The translations under genes and the position numbers were made by a program. Positions 12,659 to 23,748 of a stretch of DNA of 64,000 nucleotides are shown here, piece after piece. Source of the DNA: Balanoglossus misakiensis (taxonomy: Eukaryota; Animalia; Hemichordata). The stretch is from NCBI GenBank assembly GCA_040954595.2, contig CM082589.2, positions 10,242,894 to 10,306,893 of the forward strand, given 5' to 3'. Within the stretch, counting starts at the first letter, position 1. Each line of letters starts with the position of its first letter. The notes below the pieces were generated by a model. The model saw only the letters and a program-made list of their open reading frames with translations. It had not been told where the DNA came from and did not search any database.

Positions 12659-13976
12659 ACACCATCACCGGGTCTGCAGAGAGTTGTCACAGAAGAAGAT
12701 GGGGAAAGCCTCCTTGGTGACTCTACAACATGTCTGTTTTTTTTAACCAGCTTCTGGCCCTTGGCAAAAAATCTATTAGGCAAGTCTGTGCATTGAAGTC
12801 TTGCAGTGGATTGATATCCTCTACTTCAAAGTTTGTTGGCTCAGCTTTATATCTAAAGTGGGTGAGTGTGAACTAAATATGGTATATTCTTGACAATTAT
12901 TGTTAAACTATACCAACTGTAGTGTGCATTGTATGGACAATCACTATGCCAGTATTATTTAGATGAACAGGAAACTCTAGTTATAATCCTATGTGGGTGC
13001 ACATTGTTCCTTTAGGTTTATAATAAAAAACAATAGTCAACTGAAATTACAAAGTTATCGGTATTAACATCTGTTTTATCGTGTCTTGGAGAAATCAACA
13101 TGAAATGATCAAATAAGCATGAATCTTTAAACTTTTTTTTTCAGGAATGCTCAGCTGGTCACCTTGAGTACGAATGGTGTTCACAACCAATTTTGAACAG
13201 GAGACTTCATAGTGGTGATCTCTTCACAGCAGCTGCCATTCTATTGTCTGGTAATAATTATGCCAAAATTAATTTTTTGGCAAGCATTCTGTCACTCAGA
13301 ATTTGCTCCCAGAATACTTACAATAGAATTCAGAAAGCTTATCTAATACCATGTCTTGATGAATTTTGGATACGACAACAACAAGACATCATTGATTCAT
13401 TTGATGGCCAAGAACTTGTTTTACTGGGTAATTTTTTAGCTTCATTGTTAATGACACGCACCTAATCTGATTGGCTCACCCCACTGATTATCCATCACAT
13501 GTCGGCCAATGCACTTGTAATTTATGTCTAAAAGTTTATACTTACACACTCTATTCTGCTGATTTAGAAAAGAATACAATAGTTATTATTTGGTGGCATT
13601 TACTTCCTCATTTGCATCATTTCATACTCATTGTAAAATCATTGAATTGGAAATGTTCTCACTTATGCATACTTATGTATAATTTGACTGACATATTTAC
13701 TTGATTATGTCTCAGGTGATGGGCGAATGGATTCCCCGGGTTTTTGTGCGCAATATTGCACCTATACTGTGATGGAGGAAACCACCAAGAAAATTCTGTC
13801 GATAATAACCATGGACAAAAGAGAAACAGAGAAGAAGTCAACAAACATGGAAAAGGCCTGCCTTGTTAAAAGTCTAAACCAGCTTCAGGAGAAAGGTGTA
13901 AATGTCAAAGAAGTCGTAACAGATGCCCACATGCAGATTACAGCTCTGATGAGTAAGTGTAATTTTATGATTTTAA

Positions 13977-14771
13977 GATGGGTCCCTAGGATCTTTTTGC
14001 CCGTTGCTATGGGCCTTTATAGGACATTACACCCCGATTTGGACTAAGCCGTTTTCAGAGTCTAACAAGGGGCTGGTAACTAGTTGAAAATCTGCACGAT
14101 TGTGAGCGCGCGCCCCCTGACGCCATTGATATGCAAATTAGCTAGGTCAAATTTCAAAAGCCTAAGGCTTTTTATTCCGTGACCTCAAAAACGAACTTGA
14201 TACGTATTCATTAGTTGCTTGAACCAGGGAAGATCGTGACGGATTTTGTTTTCGAATATTATCGTTGTATCCTACGATTTCAGCATACCCGTACCACACC
14301 TGAAAAAGTCATCGATTTTGGGTGTTTTTGGACGCACTCTTCCACCGGTATCGCTTCTTAGCACGACGAAAACCGAAAAAACGATCCGTCACACTATGCG
14401 GAAGTGCGTTCTCAACAAGCAGGTCAAATTTGGCTGGCCTACGTCGCCTATGAAAAAAGCCTTAGGGATTTTCGTGAACGGTACAAAATCTCTGTGTACA
14501 AAACATTGGATATTTAGCGTTCGATCCAGTTACTGTGGTTACAGGACGCGCACGCTATCGGTGACTGCTGCTTTGCCGTATTAGCGTGGCGGCCTATGGC
14601 CGGGCGGTAGCTGCCGTAACCATACTCGGACAGGGGGTGTGCACACAATCGTGCGTATTTTTAACTAGTTACAAGCCCCTTGTCGGACGTTCATAACGGT
14701 TTCGATCAAAATTGAGTGTAGTGTCCTATAAAGGCCCATAGCAACGAGCAAAAAGATCCTAGAGACCCATC
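13977..14771. mobile_element. Non-autonomous Kolobok-like element, 795 bp, long TIRs, TTAA TSD, in Kolobok intron 9
   Basis: TTAA|GATGGGTCCCTAGGATCTTTTTGCCCGTTGCTATGGGCCTTTATAGGACA...TGTCCTATAAAGGCCCATAGCAACGAGCAAAAAGATCCTAGAGACCCATC|TTAA. The imperfect TIR extends ~130 bp. RR...YY ends. Confidence 0.9.
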
Positions 14772-15257
14772 TTAACTTGGGTTATATGTTGCTTTGAAAT
14801 GCCAAAAGCAAAGCTGTTATACAGGTCAATGTTGATTTTGTTTTTCTGAGATAATGTATTTGGCAATCATAACACTGTCATTTTGAAGCTCCATTTGTAA
14901 TCACATTTACCCACTCTTATAGGAGACGATCACCCAGACATAAAACATTCTCATGACATTTGGCATGCTGCCAAGAACTTGTCAAAGAAGATCATAAAGG
15001 TTAGACAAACTTTTATTCTTGTATTCAGTTTTCATTTATCTTCTAAATATGTGTGACACTGACACATAACAATGTAAGGGTATAGAATGTTACTAACTGA
15101 TCCTTCTATCATTTTGGGTGGGGTGGGTGTCAAACTACCTTTGAAAATAGTTATGGCAATATTATAATTGTGCAGTTGTTATTTGCATCAGTAAATGTCA
15201 CAAACAAGTTCAGGTCTATGGTGAATAGTTATGAACCATCAGTTTATATCAGATCAT

Positions 15258-15411
15258 TGTGATAGTATTGTCATGATCACGTGATTGTCACATGGTCTGT
15301 ATACGTGATTTCCTGTAACTGTTAGTTCCCGCGTGGTTGTCATTCAATAAACATCACTTCTGTGGAACTCCGTCGTTGTCGACTGTCAATAACCCCTCCC
15401 CGGACATCACA
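15258..15411 (+). repeat. 5' LTR (154 bp)
   Basis: TG...CA termini, internal AATAAA, and apparently identical to 20105-20258. Confidence 0.97.
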
Positions 15412-15415
15412 TAAA

Positions 15416-15428
15416 TGGCGACGAGGAT
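15416..15428 (+). promoter_or_regulatory. Primer binding site, tRNA-Ser(GCU)-type
   Basis: TGGCGACGAGGAT follows a 4-nt spacer after the 5' LTR and is complementary to the 3' end of metazoan tRNA-Ser(GCU). Confidence 0.85.
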
Positions 15429-15511
15429 TTAGTTGTCTAAATTAACTATCGAAGAACATACGCAAGCAACCTTTACGAGATTTGGTGACTTTTTAGCCGT
15501 GATTTGAGTGC

Positions 15512-17143
15512 ATGAAAATGTCTACACCCGTAACGCTGTCCGGACTGCCAGGAGTGGCGGGATTCGACTGTGAAGGCGAACCGGAGGCTCTTCAGCAAAG
15601 GTGGGAGCGTTGGCTTCAGGAATTTGAACTGTTCGTAGCAGCTTCTGGTGTTTCAAATAATGCGCAGAAGCGTGCCTTACTTTTGCACATGGCTGGAGCG
15701 GGCATCAGAGACATTGTTAGCACTAAATCTGTAGATGAAACTGGTGACGTCACAAACTGCGCAACGTTGATAGCATGTTTGGATAAACACTTTCAACTGC
15801 AGAGAAACGTTCCTATGGCGAGACAGAAGTTTTACAGCGCAACTCCCACGTCCGGGGAGACGGTCGACAGCTACGTAATACGTCTCAAGAACCTACTGAA
15901 AGACTGTGATTTTCCCGAGACGGAAAAAGACAACCAGATAAGAGATCGTGTCTTGCTCTACATCAGCGACAAGGTGCTAAAAAGCAAGCTGTATCGTGAA
16001 AAGAATTTGGACACTACCAAACTACTACAAATCATACGGTCGTATCACGACAAAGATGCACTAGTTTTGGTGTCTGGTACTCAAGCTGTGAGTGCAAATG
16101 CAGTCAATATTGGCGGTAAACGTACGCGCGCCAAAAACAAAATGGCGGACTTAGCCTGTTTCCGTTGTGGAAGGAAAGGTCACATGCAACGTGAATGTCG
16201 CGCCAGTACAAGTGGTAGTTCTCGCAATGCCGAACAAAAATCCGACCGGTGTTTCCGATGTCAAAAACCGGGACACAGAGCTGCAGACTGTCGTGCTAAG
16301 TGGGAAGACTGTCCGTCTAAAGACAGTGAAAATGGCAACAGTCGAGGCAGTGGTGGTAACCGCAGCGCACGTGGACGTGGCCGTACGCGTGGTGATGGTC
16401 GCGGTACACACAAGGTAGCTCAGACGACTACTGATGCAAACGCCGATGGTGGCCATGCAGACGTCGAGACTGACGAGGAGAAAGCGTACTATGCTTTCAA
16501 TGCTGCTTTCCGTGCTTCCAGTGGGAAGGACCTCACTGATACAGGTATTCAGATCGAGAATCAACACGTGCCGGTTATCATCGACAGTGGTGCTACATGT
16601 AATCTCATTGGTGAAAGACAATTTCGCAGACTTGCTGAAAAGCGTGGTGTGAAAGTTCGAAATTGTAACAATAAAGTGTTTACCTATGGTTCTAGTAAAC
16701 CTTTAGATATATTGGGTAAATGTGCCTTACATGTTGAAGCGCCTACTAAAAAGAAATGTATTGCTGATTTTATAGTGATCAAGGCTGATCAACCGATTTT
16801 GTTGAGTCGGAGTACTTCTGAGAATTTAGATATGTTGAGAGTTGGAAATGTGAATCTGTACACGATAAATTCAATATCTGCTGATAATTCTTCGCCAATT
16901 CTTGCAGAATTGCGGAGGAAATATCCTGAGGTATTTAATGGGTTGGGTAAGTTAAAGGGCTACAAGCTCCATTTGCATATTGATGAGAGTGTCAAACCCA
17001 TAGCCCAGTACCGGCGAATTCCTTTCAACCGCCGTGCTAAAGTTGTTGAAAAAACTCAACGAGCTTCAAAAGCTGGGAGTAATAGAGAAGGTTTCGGGTC
17101 CGACCTCTTGGGTCAACCCCCTTGTAACAGTACAAAAGCCTGA
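15512..17143 (+). CDS. gag: Gypsy Gag (two CCHC knuckles) + aspartic protease; homology shifts frame at ~17050
   Basis: CFRCGRKGHMQREC and CFRCQKPGHRAADC knuckles, IIDSGATCN protease motif, and the RT N-terminal YPEVFNGLGKL...RRIPF. Confidence 0.93.
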   Translation: MKMSTPVTLSGLPGVAGFDCEGEPEALQQRWERWLQEFELFVAASGVSNNAQKRALLLHMAGAGIRDIVSTKSVDETGDVTNCATLIACLDKHFQLQRNVPMARQKFYSATPTSGETVDSYVIRLKNLLKDCDFPETEKDNQIRDRVLLYISDKVLKSKLYREKNLDTTKLLQIIRSYHDKDALVLVSGTQAVSANAVNIGGKRTRAKNKMADLACFRCGRKGHMQRECRASTSGSSRNAEQKSDRCFRCQKPGHRAADCRAKWEDCPSKDSENGNSRGSGGNRSARGRGRTRGDGRGTHKVAQTTTDANADGGHADVETDEEKAYYAFNAAFRASSGKDLTDTGIQIENQHVPVIIDSGATCNLIGERQFRRLAEKRGVKVRNCNNKVFTYGSSKPLDILGKCALHVEAPTKKKCIADFIVIKADQPILLSRSTSENLDMLRVGNVNLYTINSISADNSSPILAELRRKYPEVFNGLGKLKGYKLHLHIDESVKPIAQYRRIPFNRRAKVVEKTQRASKAGSNREGFGSDLLGQPPCNSTKA

Positions 17144-19631
17144 TGGGGATATCAGACTATGTCTGGACATGAGAAAAGCAAATCAAGCCATTGTTAGGGA
17201 AAGACACCCTGTTCCCACCATGGATGAAACGCTAGAGGAAATTTCAGGGGCCAAGGTATTTTGCAAGCTTGATATGAATATGGCTTTCCATCAAATTGAG
17301 CTCGATGAAAAGAGCAGGGATATTACAACCTTTTCAGGGCCCAACTCTTTGTATCGCTACAAGCGTTTAGTTTTTGGTGTGAACATGGCGACTGAAAAGT
17401 TTCAAAATCTAATTAGCCAGGTTTTGAAGGGCTGTGAGGGTGCCCACAACATGCATGATGATATTAGAGTAGTAGCTGAAAATTATGAGCAGCTGCATGC
17501 CAGAGTTGGGAAAGTGATCAAGCGTTTTAGTGAGCATGGTTTAACGCTGAACTTTACAAAATGTAAGCTAGGAGACAGTATGATATTCATGGGTCACTTG
17601 ATGACGGCCCAGGGTATGAAACTCACTGATGAGAAGGTCAAAGCTATTGTAAAAGCTCGAACGCCAACTGACAAATCAGAATTGAGAAGTTTCTTTGGGC
17701 TGGCTCAATTTTGCTCAAAATATGTCGATAAATTTGCAACAGTGACAAGCCCACTGTGGGATTTGACTCGCAAAGATGCAAAGTGGAAATGGCTTCCCAA
17801 GCATGAGAAAGTATTCAATCTCATCAAACATAAATTGACCACAAGTCCATTCATGGCTTATTTCAAGCAGGGTGCTAAAACTCGAGTCACTTCTGATGCA
17901 TCGCCCGTTGGTGTTGGAGCAATCCTTGAACAAATGCAAAGTAATGGTTCATATCAACCAGTGTACTATGTTAGCAGAAAGCTTACACATGTTGAGTCGA
18001 GGTACTCTCAGTTTGAGCGAGAGGCGCTTGGAGTTAAATGGGCATGTGAGAAACTTCAGCAGTTTCTGCTAGGCAGTCATTTTGAGGTCAGAACTGACCA
18101 TAAGCCTTTATTGAAAGTATTCAGCCCTAACTCCAGGCCCCCTTCAGCTAGAATTGAGAGGTGGCTGTTATATATGCAACAATTTGATTATCATATCACC
18201 CATATCAAGGGAAAGAATAATTATGCGGACATGTTGAGTAGATTGCCCGTGGACGAACCATCTGACAACTATTGTAGAGAGACTGAAGATTTTGCATGTA
18301 GTGTTGTTTTAGAGGCTATGCCATCTGCTATCACCCCACGTGATATTGAGAGAGAATCTGCAAAAGACCAGAGCTTGCAATTGGTTGAAAAGTGTATTAC
18401 CTCTGCAAATTGGTCAAAATTGAAGTCTTCACCCTATTGGCATGTGAAAGACGAATTATGGTTGTATGGCAGATTGATCATGCGTGGTAACAGATTGGTT
18501 GTTCCTCAAGTTTTGCAAAGAAAAATCTTGAAAATTGCACACCAGGGTCATCAGGGAATTGTGAGGACAAAGGCTCGTTTACGTGACAGAGTTTGGTGGC
18601 CAGGAATGGACAGGGATGTGGAAAAACTGATACGATCCTGTCATCCATGTCAATTGGTCAGTGCCAGGCCAAACCCAGAGCCATTATTACCCACACAGTT
18701 ACCTGAAGGACCATGGTTCGATTTAGCAGTTGATCTTTTGGATGTATGTGATGGTGAGAAATTACTAGTGGTAACTGATTTATACTCTAGATGGCCTGAA
18801 GTAGTTTTGTTAAAGAAAACAGATGCTGCCCATGTCATAAAAGCCATGGAAGCTATGTTTCTTACACATGGGTTGCCTTACTGTGTCAAATCAGACAATG
18901 GTCCACCTTTTACCTCAGCCGAGTTTGAAGGTTTCCTTGATTACTTAGGTATTGATCATGAATATTCCATTCCATACTGGCCTCAGAGCAATGGAAGTGT
19001 TGAGAGGCTGAATGAAATAATTTTGAAGTCTGTACGAATTGCTAAATTGCAAAAGAAAAGTTGGTACAAAGATTTGACACATTTTCTATTTGAATATAGA
19101 AATACACCCCATACTGTGACAGGCATATCTCCTGCTATGGCTCTGATGGGAAGAGAGTTTAGGGACAAAATTCCTAGACTGAGAATTCCATCCCAAACAA
19201 TCAATGAGTCTGATTGGCAAATCAAAATGAGAGAAAGAAACAACAGAATGAAAATGAAACAAAAGTTCTATGCCGACAACAGGAGACATGCCACTTCCTC
19301 AGATATCAGGGAAGGTGATACTGTTTTGCTCCAGCAAGCATTTAGGCAAAACAAACTCACTCCCAATTTCGAGACAGAACCATACAAAGTCATCCAGAAA
19401 GATGGAGGTGCGTTATTATTGGAAAACTCCAAAGGTGTAAAAAGAAGGTCCACTGGACATGTAAAGAAATATGTTGAGGAATATCCAGAATTTTCCTTCC
19501 AGGGCACTGAATGGAACTCCAAACATTTGACATATGAACAACCTCAAAGGGTTCAAAATGGTGTTCCATCCTGTAACCCCCATATCCATGATTTGTCTAC
19601 ACATAACAACCTGGATAACTTGCCAGTATAA
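17034..19631 (+). CDS. pol: Gypsy Pol: reverse transcriptase, RNase H, integrase
   Basis: RLCLDMR, KLDMNMAFHQ, NMHDDI (RT); SDASPVG, EREAL, TDHKPL (RNase H); HQGH..CHPC, VDLL, SDNGPPF, NGSVER (integrase). Confidence 0.95.
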   Translation: MLKLLKKLNELQKLGVIEKVSGPTSWVNPLVTVQKPDGDIRLCLDMRKANQAIVRERHPVPTMDETLEEISGAKVFCKLDMNMAFHQIELDEKSRDITTFSGPNSLYRYKRLVFGVNMATEKFQNLISQVLKGCEGAHNMHDDIRVVAENYEQLHARVGKVIKRFSEHGLTLNFTKCKLGDSMIFMGHLMTAQGMKLTDEKVKAIVKARTPTDKSELRSFFGLAQFCSKYVDKFATVTSPLWDLTRKDAKWKWLPKHEKVFNLIKHKLTTSPFMAYFKQGAKTRVTSDASPVGVGAILEQMQSNGSYQPVYYVSRKLTHVESRYSQFEREALGVKWACEKLQQFLLGSHFEVRTDHKPLLKVFSPNSRPPSARIERWLLYMQQFDYHITHIKGKNNYADMLSRLPVDEPSDNYCRETEDFACSVVLEAMPSAITPRDIERESAKDQSLQLVEKCITSANWSKLKSSPYWHVKDELWLYGRLIMRGNRLVVPQVLQRKILKIAHQGHQGIVRTKARLRDRVWWPGMDRDVEKLIRSCHPCQLVSARPNPEPLLPTQLPEGPWFDLAVDLLDVCDGEKLLVVTDLYSRWPEVVLLKKTDAAHVIKAMEAMFLTHGLPYCVKSDNGPPFTSAEFEGFLDYLGIDHEYSIPYWPQSNGSVERLNEIILKSVRIAKLQKKSWYKDLTHFLFEYRNTPHTVTGISPAMALMGREFRDKIPRLRIPSQTINESDWQIKMRERNNRMKMKQKFYADNRRHATSSDIREGDTVLLQQAFRQNKLTPNFETEPYKVIQKDGGALLLENSKGVKRRSTGHVKKYVEEYPEFSFQGTEWNSKHLTYEQPQRVQNGVPSCNPHIHDLSTHNNLDNLPV

Positions 19632-20091
19632 CCCGTCTGTTCTAGTCAGAAATCAACTGGACCAGCATGTCCTAGTCCTGTTTCACCTACTGGTACAGCA
19701 TCGTTGGAAACGATTGTAAATGTTCCTCCAACAATGCCAGTGACAAATTCACCTAAGACAAATGTAAACCCCAATAGTACTGATGTGAGACGCTCAACAA
19801 GAATAAAATCTAAACCTCCTTGGCACAAAGACTATTGCATGCCAGAAGGATAGATTATATTGACATAAGACTGTCCACAAACATTATGGAATGAGTTTCT
19901 GTAGAGCAAATTTTCTCTTGGAGATTTGTATTTTCCTAGTTATGAAGTTCTCAAGTTCTTGTTAAGGTTAAGGTTCTGTTTGTTTTCGTTTGTTAGAACA
20001 TGATCATTCACAAAGCATTACAATTTGACAGTGTTGGCAAATTTCATACTTTCCAAAGCGAGTTGTAAACTTAAAGTACAAGTTTTCTTCT

Positions 20092-20104
20092 AAAGTTGAG
20101 GAGA
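20092..20104 (+). promoter_or_regulatory. Polypurine tract
   Basis: AAAGTTGAGGAGA lies immediately before the 3' LTR. Confidence 0.75.
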
Positions 20105-20258
20105 TGTGATAGTATTGTCATGATCACGTGATTGTCACATGGTCTGTATACGTGATTTCCTGTAACTGTTAGTTCCCGCGTGGTTGTCATTCAATAAACA
20201 TCACTTCTGTGGAACTCCGTCGTTGTCGACTGTCAATAACCCCTCCCCGGACATCACA
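20105..20258 (+). repeat. 3' LTR (154 bp)
   Basis: Matches the 5' LTR and is followed by the TSD ATCAT. Confidence 0.97.
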
Positions 20259-20689
20259 ATCATGAGTGTATTCTGTGTTTTTTTAAGGCTGCACAAAACA
20301 AAGAGTGCAAACCACTGCTGAAATGGGTGACCCACATTGTGAACCACTTTTGGTATTGTTGTCAAAAAGCATCAGATATGGACAAGTTTCTGGTAAGTAT
20401 TACTTATCATCAGCTAGCCTAGATGTTAAAATGTGTGATACTATAGAGACTTCTTAGGGTAATCTTAAAAATTAATATTTGATAATAAATATTGAGACAT
20501 GTTTTAACATTCAATTGGATTGGTTGCTGCTGTTTTGCTGTGCATTGAACATGTCATAGTTCATGTTATTGCAATAGTGATTTATGGGATTGTAAACTTT
20601 ACTAGGGCAGAGAATAAGTACCCCTGGCCCTTGCTAGGGCAGAGAATTGGTACCCCTGGTTAATACTTGGCAAAAAGCAATTTTATTTT

Positions 20690-21295
20690 ACATTGCTAAT
20701 GAAATGGTGACACTGAATCTGATTCTTTGCATCAGGGTAAATGGCGATGCAAGCTTGATGATGCATCCCGGTAGATAGTGATGCAAACACTTCACTTTGA
20801 CATGGGTATTAAATGCATGTGGGGATTAAAAGTTGACTGAAAATCCCTGGGTTAATACAAGTCCAAAAGCACTGAAATTTGACATAGCTAATACAATGGT
20901 GACATTGAATGTGATTCTTTGCATTAGGGGAAATGGCGTAGCAAGCCTAATGATGCATCAGTGTAGATGGTGATCCAAGCTCTGCGCTTTGGCATACGTA
21001 TTTAATGCATGTGCATGGGTATTTAATGTTGAATGTAAATTCCCAGGTTAATATATGCATGGGTATTTAATGTTGAATGTAAATTCCCAGGTTAATATAT
21101 GCATGGGTATTTAATGTTGACTGTAAATCCCTAGGTTAATACATGGCCATAAGTACTGTAAGGGGTAGATGGTGATGCAAGCTCTGCACTTTGACATGGG
21201 GATTAAATGCATGCTGAGGGGGATTTTAAGTTGTCTGTAAATCCCCAGGTTGATATGTGGCCAAAAGCACTGTAATTTGACATTGCTAATGATGG
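20690..21295. repeat. About three monomers of the 192-bp satellite, with an internal 46-bp tandem duplication
   Basis: Same monomer as 1-4730. GCATGGGTATTTAATGTTGAATGTAAATTCCCAGGTTAATATAT is repeated at ~21013-21120. Confidence 0.9.
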
Positions 21296-23055
21296 TGAGC
21301 TGTACTCCCCAGGGAGTTGAATGGAATGTTTAGGTCCAACGACCTAGGTCAAATGACCATGGAACAACTTTAAAGCATGTTGAGATTTAATGTGCTACAT
21401 AAGTTATAAATATTATATTAATATTATTACATAAACAACACTCTTACCTAGCTAAGGAAGTGGTCAGGTGAAAAATATTTGCAGAGCTGACCAATTATTT
21501 AAGGAATATTAAAGTTGGGTAATTTGGACGTATTCATACGGGTGTTGGTCAATGGAAAGTCCTTTGTTCATTTTCAAAATGGCAACCAAAAATGCGAACA
21601 AAACACACTGAATTATGTACGGGATATTGGTGTTGCCTAATTTGCGTGTTTCCACATTTACTTAAACTCTCACAGGGAGACAAATGTCACAGCAAACGGA
21701 AAAATGACTATGCTACACACAACACTTTTATTGATCATGGAAAATGTTCATGAGAATTGTGTTATGGTACTTTTCGGGGCTCACGACCTGTGTTATAGGA
21801 AATCTGACAAGGAATCCAAACTGTACCACATACACAACACTTTAATTAAGCATGGGAAATGGTCCTGAGAACAATATTCTCAGAGTTGACAAACTGTGTT
21901 ATCTGCGTTATATTGATGTTGTCTAATTTACACGCCTGTACATTTATTTATACTCTGACTTTGAGCTTAATAAGGCAGCGCCTGCTAAGGTCAATTTCCC
22001 ACGTACACTTTTAATTAGCATAGATAATGATCATGATAACTTCATTTTCAGAGCTGACAAACTGTGTTATGTGAAATTCATGTTGCCTATTTCATGATAA
22101 TGGCTTGTGGTACACAAGGGTTAACAGCAATCAGCAATTGCTTGTATGATAGGTATAATGATCGATTTACAAATTTCAATGGTATAATAATGGGCAACAC
22201 ATGTGGAAGTGTTTAATAAACAGTTAACTGATGTGGTGATGGTTTGTGGTAAAATTGAGGGTACACAGATTATAATGGGCAAAACAATGAATATAATAGA
22301 GGTTGATGATGGTGAATGGTTTCATATGAATGGTGTAATAAAGGTTAACAAATGTGGTGATAGCTTTGGTGTACAGGGCTGTTCATATCTTTAGTAATGA
22401 CAAAGGTATAATAGTGATAAAAGCTTAAATAAGTGTTAGGGCACAATCTTCATGATGGTTCATTCATTGGTTAATGTGTATATTTTATTAATATCATGCT
22501 ATTGTTTATCAGTTAGATCATAATCAGGGTTTTTCCATGCACATAGTCATCATGAATCAGCGGAATTCTTCTGAATAGTACCTGTGATCATTTTTGCGCA
22601 CCGACGCATTGTACGCGACAGACATGCAGAAAATATTAACATGTAACTCACAGGCATAGTGTTAAATCTAAACGACTATATGTTAGATAAGCTTTACCTC
22701 CCCACCCCATCAAAATTCCAAATTTAGCTTGATGTGACGTTTTCGGGTAGTACCAATTCGGAAACTTTCATGGTTCATTCATTGAACCAAATATTGGATT
22801 TGACACACTGTGTCTTGGGTGGGTAAAGCATGGTGAAATGTTGGCAGTAAACTTTAACCAGACAGGTCACATGAAAGGAAGATTTTATCATTTGAGTTCG
22901 ATGGCATACATGATAAGATATGTCAGTTCTGACACCATTTTTGCAGACGTAGATGCTGTTGTATTTTTTCCATTGGACACAGTACTCAAAGTCCAGTCTG
23001 TGTTTAAAATGATACCCTGGTCACACACAGTGAGAAATGTCAGCCTTTGACTTAA
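21220..23055 (+). repeat. Segmental duplication, copy B (ends at the empty Kolobok TTAA site)
   Basis: Collinear with 7290-8955 and continues past TTAA (23052-23055) into different sequence. Confidence 0.9.
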
Positions 23056-23269
23056 TTATCTAATTTATGCATTGTTAACAATGCACTGTGACATTTACTG
23101 CATGTATTTTTCCCACTGTGGAAACTTACTATGCTTTGAATACATGTTCCCTAATGGGGTGTTAAAGGATACAGTAGGATCTGTTTCGGTAGCAAATATG
23201 ACACTGTTTTCAACATATTTGACTGGTGGCAATATGTGGTTTTACGTTGGTATCCATCATGTAACTCAG

Positions 23270-23748
23270 ATCACCTATATGAAGCTCCATAGTAAATTTC
23301 ACAGAAGTCGGCTGATCAATTCCAGAAAAGTAGATTTTTTACCAAAAATGTGGAAAAAGACAAAAAAATGCATAACAAGTAGAAAATTCACACTATTAGC
23401 TTAAAACATACAGAAATGTGTGAGGCTAATATAAGGTACTATCATACCATTTTTTCAAATCAACATGACCAGGACTTGTCGTGTTTCTGAGTTTTGACCA
23501 AATTAAGGTTTTCCCAGCTAATTTGTATATATTTTTGGCAATGACAACTTCGTTTGAACAAACTCCCATCTACAGCCTAGCATGCATCTACACACCAAAT
23601 ATCGAGGTTATTGGCGCAACGGTTTTCAAGTTTTTGATGTGTACGGACATACATCCATCTATCCGTCCATATGTCCATACATACATACAGACGCAACCAA
23701 ATCCATAAGGTCCCACTGTATATACCTATACAAATGGGACCAAATAAA
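23270..23748 (+). mobile_element. 3' part of a Helentron-associated (HINE/DINE-1-like) non-autonomous element
   Basis: An ACGG/ACAT/ATCC microsatellite (23644-23692) is followed by the stem-loop GGTCCCA.TGTATA...TATACA.TGGGACC (23709-23741) and an A-rich end, the usual HINE layout. The 5' boundary is uncertain. Confidence 0.6.

Larger units (their letters stand above)
15258..20258 (+). mobile_element. Full-length Ty3/Gypsy LTR retrotransposon (Mag-like), 5001 bp, in Kolobok intron 10
   Basis: 154-bp LTRs (TGTGAT...ATCACA) at both ends, 5-bp TSD ATCAT (15253-15257 and 20259-20263), PBS, PPT, and gag-PR-RT-RH-IN order. Confidence 0.97.
9248..20392 (+). pseudogene. Kolobok DDE transposase, at least 11 exons, C-terminus missing, one frameshift
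   Basis: Phase-compatible GT-AG exons: 9248-9462, 10071-10181, 10438-10563, 10908-11021, 11895-11948, 12225-12323, 12562-12861, 13145-13427, 13716-13952, 14923-14999, 20288-20392. Motifs GDGRMDSPGFCAQYCTYT, DKRET..KSTNMEK, VVTDAH, HSHDIWH and IVNHFWYC are typical of Kolobok transposases. There is a 1-bp frameshift in T8 at 12737-12744. Confidence 0.88.
8956..20690 (+). mobile_element. Coding Kolobok DNA transposon, 3'-truncated, with nested insertions
   Basis: Starts TTAA|AGGGACAAAGTCTCTC. The paralogous empty site CAGCCTTTGACTTAATTATC is at 23041-23060. RR terminus plus TTAA target is the Kolobok signature. It carries a spliced transposase. No right TIR was found and satellite resumes at ~20690, so the right boundary is approximate. 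Confidence 0.88.

Noticed and set aside
12478-12783. Poly-Ser and poly-Met ORFs, and antisense ORFs over gag/pol (e.g. 16151-16621)
   Set aside because: These are alternative-frame shadows of the (GAT)n tract and of real coding sequence.
13977-14771. piggyBac assignment for the TTAA-flanked elements
   Set aside because: The termini are RR...YY (GA/AG), not the CC(C/T)...(A/G)GG of piggyBac, and the linked transposase is Kolobok-type.
17034-17143. Programmed gag-pol ribosomal frameshift
   Set aside because: The shift lies after protease, inside the RT N-terminus, at a simple A run. A 1-bp insertion explains it more simply.
9248-20392. Domesticated host gene
   Set aside because: The TIR is intact at a TTAA site with an empty paralogous site, and the gene is truncated before the catalytic Glu.
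20602-20660. Short direct repeat CTAGGGCAGAGAAT..GTACCCCTGG as a Kolobok right end
   Set aside because: It has no similarity to the left TIR and is probably a fragment at the truncation junction.
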